Source of the DNA: an uncultured Bacillales bacterium
GTDB taxonomy: Bacteria > Bacillota_I > Bacilli_A > RFN20 > CAG-826
Reading direction: 5' to 3'
DNA: 33,685 nt
Assembly (NCBI GenBank): GCA_947303105.1
Contig: CAMYXQ010000001.1
Location: forward strand, 1-33,685
Within the stretch, counting starts at the first letter, position 1. Every line of letters starts with the position of its first letter. The notes beneath the pieces were generated by a model, which saw only the letters and a list, made by a program, of their open reading frames with translations, did no database searches and was not told the origin of the DNA. Positions 1-9,986 of this stretch are shown piece after piece. Both the position numbers and the translations under genes were made by a program.

Positions 1-333
1 TTGGACTCAAAAGCCGAAGGAACCGTCGTCTCGGCGAGCAAAATAGCGGGAATTGTGGCGGAACATTACGGTTTTACCAAAGACATTTTGTTTGGCAAGA
101 GCCGCGTCGCGCAAATCGCCGTTGCCAGGCACATCGCCATGTACCTTTGCCGCGAGATCCTTGGTATGCCATATAAGAAAATCGGCGAAACTTTCGGCGG
201 CAGAGATCACGCGACCGTCATGAATGGTGTACAAAATGTGGAAAAGTCCTTGGCGGAAAACCCACTCGAGGCCAAGGTGGTCGGAGACCTCAAATCCGAA
301 ATTGAAGAAAAATTGAAAAAACAACCTATCTAA
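1..333 (+). CDS. dnaA: DnaA chromosomal replication initiator, C-terminal part only (5' end lies outside the window)
   Basis: The frame is open from base 1 to TAA at 331-333. It carries the domain IV DNA-binding signature SRVAQIAVARHIAMYLCRE...IGETFGGRDHATVMNG. dnaN follows directly. Confidence 0.95.
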   Translation: MDSKAEGTVVSASKIAGIVAEHYGFTKDILFGKSRVAQIAVARHIAMYLCREILGMPYKKIGETFGGRDHATVMNGVQNVEKSLAENPLEAKVVGDLKSEIEEKLKKQPI

Positions 334-385
334 AAGATAGGTGTTTGTGTTAAGATAATCGGTGTGGTCGCGGGGTTCCGCGGAG

Positions 386-445
386 TTATCAACATATCCA
401 CCGCCCCTTATCATTATTATTAATTAAAAAAGAGAAAAGAAAGAA
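386..445 (+). promoter_or_regulatory. Candidate oriC unwinding module in the dnaA-dnaN spacer (DnaA-box-like 9-mers, GC cluster, TTA-type trinucleotide run, A/T-rich tract)
   Basis: TTATCAACA at 386-394 matches TTATCCACA at 8/9 positions; ATATCCACC at 394-402 matches at 7/9. These are followed by CCGCCCC (401-407), TTA TCA TTA TTA TTA (408-422), and an A-rich tract to about 445. The location between dnaA and dnaN matches Bacillus-type oriC. Confidence 0.5.
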
Positions 446-454
446 GGGTAATGT

Positions 455-1576
455 ATGCGCTTCACCATCAACACAGAATTGTTTGTTAAGGGTCTGTCTA
501 TCGCCGGTCGTGCGGTTGCCGCCAAGTCCGCCAATCCGATTCTTTTGTCCGTCAAACTGGAGGTTTCCGGAAAGGGCCTTTCGATCACCGGCACCAATAG
601 CGAGATCTCGATTTCGACGACGATTCCGAACACCGTTGATGGCCGCGAAGTTCTCAGAAACACCTCTTTGGGCACCGCCTTGATCCAAGCGCGACTCCTT
701 ACCGACGTCATCCGCCGCATCGACAGCGCCGAGGTCACCGTTGAGATCATCGATGGCACCATCGCCAAGATCGATGACGGAAAGAGCTCCTTCAAACTCT
801 TCTGCATGGGTGGCGACGAATACCCCGATATCGACTTCGCCCTCGAAGGCCGCTCCTTCACGATTCCGGCGACCGTTCTTTCCGAAATCGTTGACCAAAC
901 CGCGTTTGCCGCTTTGTCAAAGGATGGGAAACCCATCCTTACCACCATCAACCTCAAGGGCGACGGTGAACACCTGGTTGCCACCGCAACCGACTCGGCC
1001 CGTCTTTCCAAGAAGGTGATCGAGACCGATGCCGGCGCCAACATCTCTTGCAACGTCCCGGCGAAAGTCCTTGCCGAGATCGTCAAACTTCCGGATCCCA
1101 GAGACTCCGTCGAGATCTCTGTCGATGCCGATCGCGCCGTGTTTGTTTTCGGCAACACCGTCGTCGCCTGCCGTTTGATCCCGGGCGACTACCCCGTTTC
1201 CGCAAACATCATCCCCACCGCCTTCAGCTACTTCCTCGAGGTCAATTCGCACGAAATCCTTTCCGCGATCGAAAGGCTTTCCGTTTTGTCCGTCGGCGTT
1301 GCCCCGGTCGTTAAGCTCTCGATGTCCGAAAAAGGCGTTGAGGTGTCCAGCGGCTATTCGCAAACCGGTTCGGGCGTCGAGCGCATCAACACCTTCCAGT
1401 ACGAGGGCGAGCGCCTTGACATCGCCTTCAACAGCACCTTCGTCTACGAGGCTATCCGCGCCCTCGGCGGAGAGGATGTCAGCTTCTCCTTTATCGGCGA
1501 AATGAAACCCTTCGTTATCCGCAACCCGAACGATGAAAGCGCCGTTGAGCTCATCACCCCGATGAGGACCCGCTAA
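455..1576 (+). CDS. dnaN: DNA polymerase III beta sliding clamp
   Basis: 373-aa ORF directly after dnaA, with clamp-typical length and a C-terminal ...ELITPMRTR. ATG 455 is preceded by a GAAGGG Shine-Dalgarno-like element. Confidence 0.93.
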   Translation: MRFTINTELFVKGLSIAGRAVAAKSANPILLSVKLEVSGKGLSITGTNSEISISTTIPNTVDGREVLRNTSLGTALIQARLLTDVIRRIDSAEVTVEIIDGTIAKIDDGKSSFKLFCMGGDEYPDIDFALEGRSFTIPATVLSEIVDQTAFAALSKDGKPILTTINLKGDGEHLVATATDSARLSKKVIETDAGANISCNVPAKVLAEIVKLPDPRDSVEISVDADRAVFVFGNTVVACRLIPGDYPVSANIIPTAFSYFLEVNSHEILSAIERLSVLSVGVAPVVKLSMSEKGVEVSSGYSQTGSGVERINTFQYEGERLDIAFNSTFVYEAIRALGGEDVSFSFIGEMKPFVIRNPNDESAVELITPMRTR

Positions 1577-1597
1577 AAAACGCTCAAAAACCGCTCT

Positions 1598-1625
1598 AGG
1601 AACGCAAAAAAGCGTTCCTTTTTTT
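1598..1625 (+). terminator. Rho-independent terminator after dnaN
   Basis: 8-bp stem AGGAACGC / GCGTTCCT (1598-1605 / 1612-1619) with loop AAAAAA, followed by a T-run at 1620-1625. Confidence 0.8.
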
Positions 1626-1642
1626 ACTACATAGTAGTAAAA
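1622..1642. promoter_or_regulatory. Perfect 21-bp palindrome (9-bp arms, 3-nt spacer) upstream of yaaA; possible operator
   Basis: TTTTACTAC ATA GTAGTAAAA. It overlaps the terminator T-run and a TAAAAT -10-like hexamer at 1638-1643. Confidence 0.3.
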
Positions 1643-1674
1643 TCATCTTGGGGCCCTTTCGCCCGTCTTTGACT

Positions 1675-1890
1675 ATGAAAAACGAATTTGCCATCACAAC
1701 CGAATTCATCACCCTCGGACAGCTGCTCAAGTTGGCCGACGTTATCGGAAACGGCGGTGAGGCAAAAACCTTCCTGGCAACCCACGAAGTCATCGTCAAC
1801 GGCGAACCCGACAACCGGCGCGGCCGCAAACTCCGGCCGGGCGACCGGGTCGAGATCCCCGCTCTCCACAAGGAGCTCGTCGTCCGATGA
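1675..1890 (+). CDS. yaaA: S4-domain RNA-binding protein (YaaA-like)
   Basis: 71 aa starting at ATG 1675 (the track start at 1648 is a TTG extension). Sequence MKNEFAITTEFITLGQLLKLADVIGNGGEAKTFL...VNGEPDNRRGRKLRPGD. It occupies the conserved position between dnaN and recF, and its stop overlaps the recF start (ATGA). Confidence 0.85.
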   Translation: MKNEFAITTEFITLGQLLKLADVIGNGGEAKTFLATHEVIVNGEPDNRRGRKLRPGDRVEIPALHKELVVR

Positions 1891-2957
1891 TCCTCGAGTC
1901 GCTGCGCCTGTCCAATTGGCGGAATTACGAAGCGACCACCGTTTCTCCCGGGCCGAAAACCAACCTCGTCGTTGGGGTCAATGGCGCAGGAAAAACCAAC
2001 TTGGCCGAAGCGATCTATTATCTATCGATCGCGCGGAGCTGGAGGGGATCCGACGACAAACGCCTCATAAGGGATGGCGCGCCGTCGTGCTATGTCGAGG
2101 GGGTGTTCCGCAAGGGCGGACGAACCCGCAAGGTCGGCATCGAGATATCGGCGGCCGGCAAAAAGGTCCTCATCGACGATAAGCCCATTCGGCGAACCAC
2201 CGATTTGGCGGCGGTCGCCAACGTCCTGGCCTTCTCGCCAACGGACGTCCCGCTGTTCTCCGGCCCACCAGCCGACAGAAGGGCGTTCTTGGACCTCGCG
2301 ATCGGAAGAGAAAACCCCACCCACCTTAAGGAACTGAGCCGAGTCGCCCAAATCCTTAAGGAAAGGAACGCCGCTCTTAAATCGGAGTTCCGAAACGATG
2401 GGTATGTCGAAGTCCTGACCAACGAGCTCATCGCCGCGGAAAAACCCGTCGTGCTACGCCGACAAGCGTACGTTGGGCGCTTAATCCCGGCCGTGCGCCG
2501 CGTGGCCGATAAGATCTTCGGCCGCGAAAGACCCGTCGACATCATCTACCAACCCTTCCTCGACCCCGGAAACGGCTACGAGGAAGCGGCGAAAGCCCTC
2601 TATCGCGACACGCTTGAGGGCGATTACGCCCGCGGAACCACCGCGCAAGGCGTTCACAAAGAAGACTTCTGCGTTATGCTTGACGGCCTAGACGTCGGCG
2701 GCCGCGGAAGCCAAGGCGAAAACCGGATATTATCCCTCGCCTTGCATCTCGCCCCATTCTTCCTCATCGAAGACGAGGCGGACAAACCGATTGTCGTGCT
2801 CGATGATGTATATAGCGAACTCGACGAACAACACGCGGAGGGCCTGACCACAATCCTTGAAGAACTCGGTCAGGCATTCATCACCGCGACAAACAAAACC
2901 ATCAGCGGCGCCTCGATTATCGAGGTGGCCGATCACAAAGCCATTAGGAGGGAATGA
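1887..2957 (+). CDS. recF: DNA replication and repair protein RecF
   Basis: N-terminal Walker [13 protein letters not shown]-like signature region GSQGENR, and Walker [12 protein letters not shown]. Synteny supports the call. Confidence 0.93.
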   Translation: MILESLRLSNWRNYEATTVSPGPKTNLVVGVNGAGKTNLAEAIYYLSIARSWRGSDDKRLIRDGAPSCYVEGVFRKGGRTRKVGIEISAAGKKVLIDDKPIRRTTDLAAVANVLAFSPTDVPLFSGPPADRRAFLDLAIGRENPTHLKELSRVAQILKERNAALKSEFRNDGYVEVLTNELIAAEKPVVLRRQAYVGRLIPAVRRVADKIFGRERPVDIIYQPFLDPGNGYEEAAKALYRDTLEGDYARGTTAQGVHKEDFCVMLDGLDVGGRGSQGENRILSLALHLAPFFLIEDEADKPIVVLDDVYSELDEQHAEGLTTILEELGQAFITATNKTISGASIIEVADHKAIRRE

Positions 2958-2958
2958 T

Positions 2959-5040
2959 ATGGCAGAAGAAAAGATCACCGAAGAACTTCTCCAAGCCGCG
3001 AAGGAAAGCGGGGTTACGAGAGCCTCTTTGGAAGAAGAAGACAAGTTCCAGTACAACAACCTGAAACTTGGCGACGATCAAAAGATCGAAAAAGCGGACG
3101 CGGAATACACCGCGGAAAACATCCAGGTTTTGGAAGGCCTTGAGGCCGTCCGTAAGAGACCCGGTATGTACATCGGCACCACCGCGGGCCCCGGTTTGCA
3201 CCACCTGGTTTGGGAAATCGTCGACAACTCGATCGACGAGGCGTTAGCCGGCTACTGCACCCACATCGAAGTGGTCATCAACCCCGACAACAGCATCACC
3301 GTTTCCGACGACGGTCGCGGTATCCCCGTCGACACCGTCAAGAAATCTGGCCTTTCGGGCGTTGAAACCGCGTACACAATCCTGCACGCGGGCGGCAAAT
3401 TCGGCGAAGGCGGCGGTTATAAAGTCTCCGGCGGTTTGCATGGCGTTGGCGCCTCGGTCGTAAACGCGTTGTCCAAACGTTGCGAAGTCACCGTTAAGAA
3501 AGACGGCGGCGTCTATCGTTGCCTCTTTGAGAATGGCGGCAAAATCAAGAAACACCTCACCAAGATCGCTTCTTGCCCGGTCGATGAGCACGGAACCTCC
3601 GTTACTTTCTTGCCGGACCCCGACATTTTCACCGAAACCACCACTTACAATTACGAAACGATCAAGAACCACCTTCGCCAGATGGCCTTCTTGAATGGCG
3701 GCGTCAAAATTTCCCTCACCGACACCCGTCCCGAGACCCCGGTTGGAGAGACCTTCCTCTTCAATGGCGGTATCCGCGAATACGTTTCGTTCATCAACAG
3801 CCACAAACTTCCGATAAATAACGAAGTTATTTACTGCTCCGGCGCCGAAGAAGTTACCCTCTTAAGCGGCGCTCGCGAGAAGATTTACGCCGAAGTTTCG
3901 ATGCAATGGGCCGACTCCTACAGCACCGACGGCGTTTACAGTTTCTGCAACAACATTTCCACCAAAGAGGGCGGCACTCACGTCGAAGGTTTCAACCTCG
4001 CGCTGAACCGCATAATCAACGATTATGCGAGGTCCTTCAAATTCCTTGATGAGAAGGATGCGAACTTCACCACCGATGACTGCCGCGAAGGTTTGACCTG
4101 CGTTATCTCGGTCAAGCACCCAAACCCCCAATATGAGGGACAAACGAAGACAAAACTCGGAAATTCCGAGGTTCGTAAGATCGTCAGCACCATCGTTGGT
4201 GCCCAATTCAAAGAATATTTGCTTGAGCATCCGGGCGAAGCGAAGCTCATCATGGAGAAGATCAAAGTCGCCAGCAAGAGCCGCATCGCCGCGCAGGTTG
4301 CTCGCGAAAAGACCAGAAAGTCGCCGCTTGAAATCACGACGCTTCCTGGCAAATTGGCCGACTGCTCCAGCAAGGACCCCGAAAAGTGCGAACTTTACAT
4401 CGTTGAGGGTAACTCCGCTGGCGGCTCCGCCAAAACCGGCAGAGACCGCGAAACCCAAGCGATCCTTCCGCTTCGCGGAAAAATCTTGAATGTCGAAAAA
4501 GCGCGCGAAGAGAGAATCTTCAAGAACGCCGAAATCGGCAACATGATCACCGCGATCGGCGGCGGCATCCGCGAGAACTTCGATGTCAGCAAAATCCGTT
4601 ATCACAAAATCGTCATCATGACCGATGCTGACGTTGATGGTGACCACATCCGCATCTTGCTGCTCACCTTCTTCTATCGCTTCATGAGACCGCTTGTTGA
4701 CCAAGGCTATATCTATATCGCCCAACCGCCGCTCTATAAGATCGAGTGGAAAGGCCAACCGTATTACGCCTATAACGACGCCCAACTTGAACAGTTGAAG
4801 AAACAGCTCCAACTCAAGCCGGGCTACCCGTTCCAGCGTTATAAAGGTCTTGGTGAAATGGACCCGCAACAACTTTGGGAAACCACCATGGATCCGAAGG
4901 TCCGCAAGATGATCCGCATCACCAACGAAGACGCAATTGCTGCCGAACAAGCATTCAGCGACTTGATGGGCGACGAAGTCGAACCACGCAAGGCGTTCAT
5001 CTCTGAAAACGCGAAATTCGTGCAAAACCTTGATATTTAA
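2959..5040 (+). CDS. gyrB: DNA gyrase subunit B
   Basis: ATG 2959 follows an AGGAGGGA Shine-Dalgarno, 1 nt after the recF stop. Motifs: [58 protein letters not shown]. The track start at 2857 overlaps recF and is rejected. Confidence 0.96.
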   Translation: MAEEKITEELLQAAKESGVTRASLEEEDKFQYNNLKLGDDQKIEKADAEYTAENIQVLEGLEAVRKRPGMYIGTTAGPGLHHLVWEIVDNSIDEALAGYCTHIEVVINPDNSITVSDDGRGIPVDTVKKSGLSGVETAYTILHAGGKFGEGGGYKVSGGLHGVGASVVNALSKRCEVTVKKDGGVYRCLFENGGKIKKHLTKIASCPVDEHGTSVTFLPDPDIFTETTTYNYETIKNHLRQMAFLNGGVKISLTDTRPETPVGETFLFNGGIREYVSFINSHKLPINNEVIYCSGAEEVTLLSGAREKIYAEVSMQWADSYSTDGVYSFCNNISTKEGGTHVEGFNLALNRIINDYARSFKFLDEKDANFTTDDCREGLTCVISVKHPNPQYEGQTKTKLGNSEVRKIVSTIVGAQFKEYLLEHPGEAKLIMEKIKVASKSRIAAQVAREKTRKSPLEITTLPGKLADCSSKDPEKCELYIVEGNSAGGSAKTGRDRETQAILPLRGKILNVEKAREERIFKNAEIGNMITAIGGGIRENFDVSKIRYHKIVIMTDADVDGDHIRILLLTFFYRFMRPLVDQGYIYIAQPPLYKIEWKGQPYYAYNDAQLEQLKKQLQLKPGYPFQRYKGLGEMDPQQLWETTMDPKVRKMIRITNEDAIAAEQAFSDLMGDEVEPRKAFISENAKFVQNLDI

Positions 5041-5052
5041 GGAGGAAAGACA

Positions 5053-7710
5053 GTGGAAAACGAAGAAAAAAAGATCGAAGAAGTTGTTGAAAACGAAGAC
5101 AACACCAACCTCGACGAACGTTATAACGACAAAGTCGACACCTCCGCTACGGCCGGCATCATCCCCGGGCTCACCGACCGCGATGTGACCTCGGAAGTCA
5201 AAACCGCCTTCCTCAGTTACTCGATGTCCGTCATCGTTTCGCGCGCCATCCCCGATGTCCGCGACGGTTTGAAGCCCGTTCAGCGCCGCATCATCTACGG
5301 CATGGACGAAGCCGGCATGCAGCCGAACAAACCCCACAAGAAATCCGCCCGTATCGTCGGTGACGTCATGGGTAAATATCACCCCCACGGCGATTCCGCC
5401 CTCTATTTGACTCTCGCCCGTATGGCGCAGCCGTTCTCCCTCCGTTATCCCTTGGTTGACGGCCACGGAAACTTCGGCTCCATCGATGGTGACGAACCCG
5501 CCGCCATGCGTTACACCGAAGCGAGAATGAATCGTCTCGCCGTCGAGATGGTCCGCGACATCGAGCAAGACGTTGTCGACTTTGTCGACAATTATGATGG
5601 TTCCGAAAAAGAGCCGGCCGTCTTGCCGTCCCGTTTCCCGAACCTCGTCGTCAATGGTTCCGAGGGCATCGCGGTTGGCATGGCCACCAACATGGCGCCG
5701 CACAACCTCACCGAAACGATCAACGCCACGATCGCTTTGGCCCGCAACCCCTCACTGACCCCATTGGAGATCATGCAGAATTACATGCCGGGCCCGGACT
5801 TCCCGAGCGGTGGCACGATTTTGGGCCGCAAAGGCATTCTTGATGCCTACACCACCGGCACCGGTTCGATCGCCATCCGTTCGAAATATCACATCGAAGA
5901 GATGGACAACGGCAAGAGCCGCATCATCGTCACCGAGATTCCTTACCAGGTCAACAAATCGGCGATGATCGAGAATATAGCGCAACTTGTGCGTGATAAA
6001 GAGATCGAAGGCATCACCGACATCCGCGACGAATCGAACAAAGAAGGCATCCGCGTTGTCATCGAAATCCGCCGCGATTGCATCCCCGAAGTCGTTGCCA
6101 ACAACCTTCTTAAGAGGACGCAGCTCCAAATCAACTTTGGCATCATCAACCTCTGCTTGGTCGATGGCGCCCCGAAGATCCTCAACATCTGCGAGCTTCT
6201 CAATAACTACATCGACTTCCAGGTCTCTGTTTTAACCCGGCGCACCCAGTATCGTTTGAAGAGAGATTCCGACCGCGACCACATCGTCGTCGGCTTGATC
6301 TCCTGCCACGACAACATCGATGATGTCATCCACATCATCCGTTCGTCCAAAAACGACGAAGAGTCCGGCGCGAGACTTTACGAAGCCTTTGGCTTCGATG
6401 AGCCGCAGGTTCAGGCGATCCTCGCCATGACCCTCCGCCGCTTGCAAGGCCTTGAACAGGATAAACTCCAGGCCGAGCATGCCGCCCTCACCGCCGCCAT
6501 CGCCGAATACAACCGCTTGCTTTCCGCCCGCGAGAACATCATCGACTTGCTCATCCAAGAGCTCGAAGAAACCCGTGATCGCTTCGGCGACAAGCGTCTT
6601 ACCGAAATCAGCGACGAAGCCGCTTCCATCGACAACGAAGACCTTCTCCCGCAAGAAGACATCATCGTCGTCCTTACCAAGAACGGTTATATCAAGAGAA
6701 TGTCCGACGACACCTTCCGCACCCAGAATCGCGGCGGCCGTGGCGTAAAAGGCATCACCACCGGCGGAAACGACATGGTTTCGCTCATCGTCCACACCAA
6801 AACCCACACCGACTTGCTCTTCTTCTCGAGCTTCGGCGCGGTCTATCGGATGAGGGGTTATCAAATCCCCGACGCTTCGCGCGACAGCAAAGGCATCCCG
6901 GCGATCAACCTTCTCAACCTCGACCAGGAAGAAAAGATCGTCAGCATCCTCGCTTGTGACGATTATCCCGCTGACAATTATCTCTTCTTCGTCACCGTCA
7001 ATGGCGTCGTCAAGCGCGTCAGCCTTGACCAATTCGCCTTGATCCGTTCTAACGGCAAACGCGCCCTGTCGCTTCGCGACGGAGATGCGCTTCTCGCCGT
7101 AAAGAGAACCGATGGCAACTCCATCATCTCCCTTGCTTCCAGCAACGGAAAGGTTTGCTCGTTCAACGAAAACGAAGTCCGTGCGATGGGCCGTGATGCC
7201 GCCGGCGTCAAGGGTATGAACCTCGATGATGGCTCGCACCTCGTCGACGTGACCGGTTCGATGGACGGCCAGAAGATCCTCGTCCTCTCCGACAGGGGTT
7301 TGGGCAAGATCAGCTATGCCGCCGACACCGAAGTCACCCTCGAAGACGGAACGACCCGCCACTACGATGGCTATCGTTTGACCTCTCGTGGCACCAAGGG
7401 CGTCATCACTCTCAAGACCGTCGCAAAGGGCGGCCAACTCTGCGCGATGAGGGGCGTGAATGGCGACGAAGACCTTATGGTCATCACCAACAAAGGCATC
7501 GTCATCCGCATGCCGATCAGCCAGATCAAGATCGCCGCGAGAAACACCCAAGGCGTCAAGATCATCAACCTTGAGAACAACCAAAAGGTTGCCGCCATCA
7601 CCATCCTTCCGCACGAAGAAGACCTCCCCGAAGAGGAATTCGAAGAGCCGGAGCCTGAAGAGGCCGAACCGGTTGTTGAAGAAGTCGTCACCCCTGACGA
7701 AATCGAATAA
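5053..7710 (+). CDS. gyrA: DNA gyrase subunit A
   Basis: GTG start at 5053, 7 nt after an AAGGAGG Shine-Dalgarno. Motifs: [25 protein letters not shown] and the active-site region [10 protein letters not shown]. It has C-terminal beta-pinwheel repeats and an acidic tail. Confidence 0.96.
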   Translation: MENEEKKIEEVVENEDNTNLDERYNDKVDTSATAGIIPGLTDRDVTSEVKTAFLSYSMSVIVSRAIPDVRDGLKPVQRRIIYGMDEAGMQPNKPHKKSARIVGDVMGKYHPHGDSALYLTLARMAQPFSLRYPLVDGHGNFGSIDGDEPAAMRYTEARMNRLAVEMVRDIEQDVVDFVDNYDGSEKEPAVLPSRFPNLVVNGSEGIAVGMATNMAPHNLTETINATIALARNPSLTPLEIMQNYMPGPDFPSGGTILGRKGILDAYTTGTGSIAIRSKYHIEEMDNGKSRIIVTEIPYQVNKSAMIENIAQLVRDKEIEGITDIRDESNKEGIRVVIEIRRDCIPEVVANNLLKRTQLQINFGIINLCLVDGAPKILNICELLNNYIDFQVSVLTRRTQYRLKRDSDRDHIVVGLISCHDNIDDVIHIIRSSKNDEESGARLYEAFGFDEPQVQAILAMTLRRLQGLEQDKLQAEHAALTAAIAEYNRLLSARENIIDLLIQELEETRDRFGDKRLTEISDEAASIDNEDLLPQEDIIVVLTKNGYIKRMSDDTFRTQNRGGRGVKGITTGGNDMVSLIVHTKTHTDLLFFSSFGAVYRMRGYQIPDASRDSKGIPAINLLNLDQEEKIVSILACDDYPADNYLFFVTVNGVVKRVSLDQFALIRSNGKRALSLRDGDALLAVKRTDGNSIISLASSNGKVCSFNENEVRAMGRDAAGVKGMNLDDGSHLVDVTGSMDGQKILVLSDRGLGKISYAADTEVTLEDGTTRHYDGYRLTSRGTKGVITLKTVAKGGQLCAMRGVNGDEDLMVITNKGIVIRMPISQIKIAARNTQGVKIINLENNQKVAAITILPHEEDLPEEEFEEPEPEEAEPVVEEVVTPDEIE

Positions 7711-7712
7711 TC

Positions 7713-8678
7713 ATGACAAAACCCCTTGTTCGCATCGATCCGAAACTTGAATTCGGCGAAATTGGCTGGCTGCGCCACGCTTTATCAAAGGCGTTTGCCA
7801 CCACCAGCCAATCGTTTGCGGACGGGGTTTGTCATTGTTTAACCCCAAATGATTTGGGGGCCGCCCTGAAGGCCAAAAGAAAGCACAAACGCATCGTCGT
7901 CAGCGCCTTCTACTGCGAAGCCACCAAAGGCGGCAACTTCCTAAAGAAGACCAACGACGGTTGGGTCTTGACCAAAAAAGCCAACCGTTTGTTGAGAATC
8001 GCGGACGCCATCACCGTTCCATCGGAAGCGATGAAAATCTGGTTCAGGGAATTCCATATTCAAACCCCGATTGTCGCCCTTCCCCCACCGGCCGACCGAT
8101 CAACCTATCTAAAGGTATCGCCCGACGAATCCGCGGCCTTCCGCCGCTACGTCGGGATCGACGTCAAGGAACCTTACTTCCTGGGTCGGACGAAAAGCGA
8201 CAAAAAGACGCTGGCGTTACTGGGATCGCTCGGAGCGAATCTCCCCAAACACAAATTTGTGTTTGTTGTCTATGACAACACGGCGCGGAAAATCCGTGCG
8301 TTGAAACGGCGCCTTCCCAACAACGTGCTGCTAACGGCTGAGCTCCCTGCTGGCCTTACGCGCGCCGCGATCAAAGACGCATCCGCCTACATCTCCATCA
8401 CCGGCATCCGTCCCGACTTCGTCTATGCGAACGAAGCGGCAGTTGCCGGCGTGCAAATCTTCGCGTATGGCGAAAAGGCGTTGCCCCCGTTCATTATTGG
8501 TGGCAAAACCGGATGCGTTGACACCGATCCGCAAAGCTTCTTCAGCCACCTTAACTCATGGATGTTGAAGGAGATTCCGCCCACCGTCCAGCAAGCCGCC
8601 TACTACACGGCATCATCCACTTATAAAAACACCGGCCAAGAGCTCATCGCCCTATATCGGCCGAGAAAAGGAGAATGA
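7713..8678 (+). CDS. Hypothetical protein, GT-B / GT4 glycosyltransferase-like
   Basis: 321-aa ORF starting 2 nt after the gyrA stop and ending 1 nt before serS. Its layout resembles the GT4 C-terminal domain: ADAITVPSEAMKIWF, KFVFVVYDN...NNVLLTAELP...AAIKDASAYISIT...ANEAAVAGVQIFAYG. No TM segment. The product call is tentative. Confidence 0.45.
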   Translation: MTKPLVRIDPKLEFGEIGWLRHALSKAFATTSQSFADGVCHCLTPNDLGAALKAKRKHKRIVVSAFYCEATKGGNFLKKTNDGWVLTKKANRLLRIADAITVPSEAMKIWFREFHIQTPIVALPPPADRSTYLKVSPDESAAFRRYVGIDVKEPYFLGRTKSDKKTLALLGSLGANLPKHKFVFVVYDNTARKIRALKRRLPNNVLLTAELPAGLTRAAIKDASAYISITGIRPDFVYANEAAVAGVQIFAYGEKALPPFIIGGKTGCVDTDPQSFFSHLNSWMLKEIPPTVQQAAYYTASSTYKNTGQELIALYRPRKGE

Positions 8679-8679
8679 C

Positions 8680-9966
8680 ATGATTGATCCAAAATTAATC
8701 GAAGAACAACCTCAATTTGTTCAAGAAGCCCTTGCTAAAAAAGGATACTCCTTTGATCCATCCGAATTGATTGGCCTGTTCCAAAAACGCAGAGCGTTGC
8801 TTAAAGTTGTCGAAACCAGCAAAGCCGAGCAAAACAAACTGACCGCCACCGTCCCTCAGGTTAAGAAAGAGGGCGGCGATGTTCAATCGATCTTTGCCGA
8901 GGTCCGTCGTTTGGCGGCCGAAAGCAAAGAGGCTCAAGCCGAATTAACCGAAACCGAAGATAAGATTCAGAAAGCGATCGAAGTTCTCCCGAACTTGCCG
9001 GATCCCGATCTCGTCGGCGGCGAAAAAGAGAACAATCGCCCGATCTATCATTTCGGCGAAGAACCGAAATTCGAGGGATTTGTGCCAAAAGATCATGTCG
9101 AATTGGCCGAATCGCTCGGTCTTGTCGACTACAAGAGAGCCGCCAAAATCTCCGGAAGCGGAACCTGGATGTACACCGGCCTCGGCGCCCGCCTCGAATG
9201 GGCCCTTCTGAACTATTTCATCGCTTCGCACCTTGCCGACGGGTATACCTTTATCCTTCCGCCGCACCTGCTTAACGAAAAATCCGGTTTCACCGCCGGT
9301 CAATTCCCCAAATTCAAAGAGGACGTTTTCTGGCTTGACGGTACCGAACCCCGCAAGTTCTTGCTGCCGACCGCGGAAACCGCGCTCGTCAACATCCACC
9401 GCGACGAAATTCTTTCCTTGGATGAGCTTCCCAAGAAGTATTTCGCCTATACTCCGTGCTATCGCCGCGAAGCCGGCAGCTACCGCACCGAAGAACGCGG
9501 CATGATCCGCGGCTATCAATTCGACAAAGTCGAAATGGTTCAATATACTACCGCCGAAGGCAGCGATGCCGCCTTTGAAGAACTTGTGCACAAAGCCCAA
9601 AAACTCGTTGAAGGATTGGGCCTCTGCTATCAAGTGGATAAATTGGCCGCTGGCGATTGCAGCGCCTCTATGGCCCGAACTTATGACATTGAGGTTTTCA
9701 TCCCCTCCATGCACATTTACAAAGAAGCTTCGAGCGTTTCTAACGCTCGCGACTATCAGGCGCGCCGCGGCATGATCCGTTATCGCGACGAAAACGGCAA
9801 GGTTCGTTTCTGCCACACGTTGAACGGATCTGGTTTGGCCACCAGCCGCATCCTTCCGGCGATTCTGGAGCAATTCCAGCAAGCCGACGGATCGGTTTTG
9901 ATCCCCGAAGCCCTGCAACCGTATATGGGTGGGCTTAAGGTGCTCAAACCAGTCGCGAAAAAATAA
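8680..9966 (+). CDS. serS: Seryl-tRNA synthetase
   Basis: 428 aa with an N-terminal coiled-coil arm and class II motifs (FLLPTAETALVN, CYRREAGSYRTEERGMIRGYQFDKVE, HTLNGSGLATSR). AAAGGAGA Shine-Dalgarno upstream. Confidence 0.96.
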   Translation: MIDPKLIEEQPQFVQEALAKKGYSFDPSELIGLFQKRRALLKVVETSKAEQNKLTATVPQVKKEGGDVQSIFAEVRRLAAESKEAQAELTETEDKIQKAIEVLPNLPDPDLVGGEKENNRPIYHFGEEPKFEGFVPKDHVELAESLGLVDYKRAAKISGSGTWMYTGLGARLEWALLNYFIASHLADGYTFILPPHLLNEKSGFTAGQFPKFKEDVFWLDGTEPRKFLLPTAETALVNIHRDEILSLDELPKKYFAYTPCYRREAGSYRTEERGMIRGYQFDKVEMVQYTTAEGSDAAFEELVHKAQKLVEGLGLCYQVDKLAAGDCSASMARTYDIEVFIPSMHIYKEASSVSNARDYQARRGMIRYRDENGKVRFCHTLNGSGLATSRILPAILEQFQQADGSVLIPEALQPYMGGLKVLKPVAKK

Positions 9967-9974
9967 CTTCGCTG

Positions 9975-9980
9975 TATAAT
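9975..9980 (+). promoter_or_regulatory. -10 hexamer TATAAT for the SRP RNA
   Basis: A perfect TATAAT lies 6 nt upstream of G9987, the first base of the predicted closing helix. I found no clear -35. Confidence 0.45.
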
Positions 9981-9986
9981 ATAAAA

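Noticed and set aside
389-1158. Two overlapping minus-strand ORFs (389..898 and 424..1158) opposite dnaN, reaching into the dnaA-dnaN spacer
   Set aside because: They are antisense shadows of dnaN with no domain signatures. Their 3' ends would run through the putative origin elements.
2857-2958. ORF-track N-terminal extension of gyrB (start at 2857)
   Set aside because: The extension overlaps the last 101 nt of recF in another frame and encodes non-conserved sequence. ATG 2959 has an AGGAGG Shine-Dalgarno and follows the recF stop.
3862-5703. 613-aa minus-strand ORF spanning the gyrB 3' end, the gyrB-gyrA spacer and the gyrA 5' end
   Set aside because: Its codons are exactly antiparallel-aligned with the gyrB/gyrA codons (all triplets start at positions of the same phase). 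It therefore stays open only because the sense genes avoid TTA, CTA and TCA codons. The translation is low-information (D/G/V/R/F-rich) with no motifs, and it lies opposite two unquestionable essential genes.
6232-7614. 460-aa minus-strand ORF antisense to gyrA
   Set aside because: Same codon-aligned antisense artefact as the 3862..5703 ORF. No start context, no recognisable domains.
7615-7707. Similar PE-rich acidic tails at the ends of GyrA (7615-7707) and the S2P-like protein (19790-19867), considered as a possible shared repeat or module
   Set aside because: The similarity is compositional only (GAA/GAG/CCG codons) with no alignable nucleotide repeat. Acidic C-terminal tails on GyrA are already known.
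8944-9918. 324-aa minus-strand ORF antisense to serS
   Set aside because: It is codon-aligned antisense to a strongly supported serS, so it is an artefact of sense-strand codon usage.
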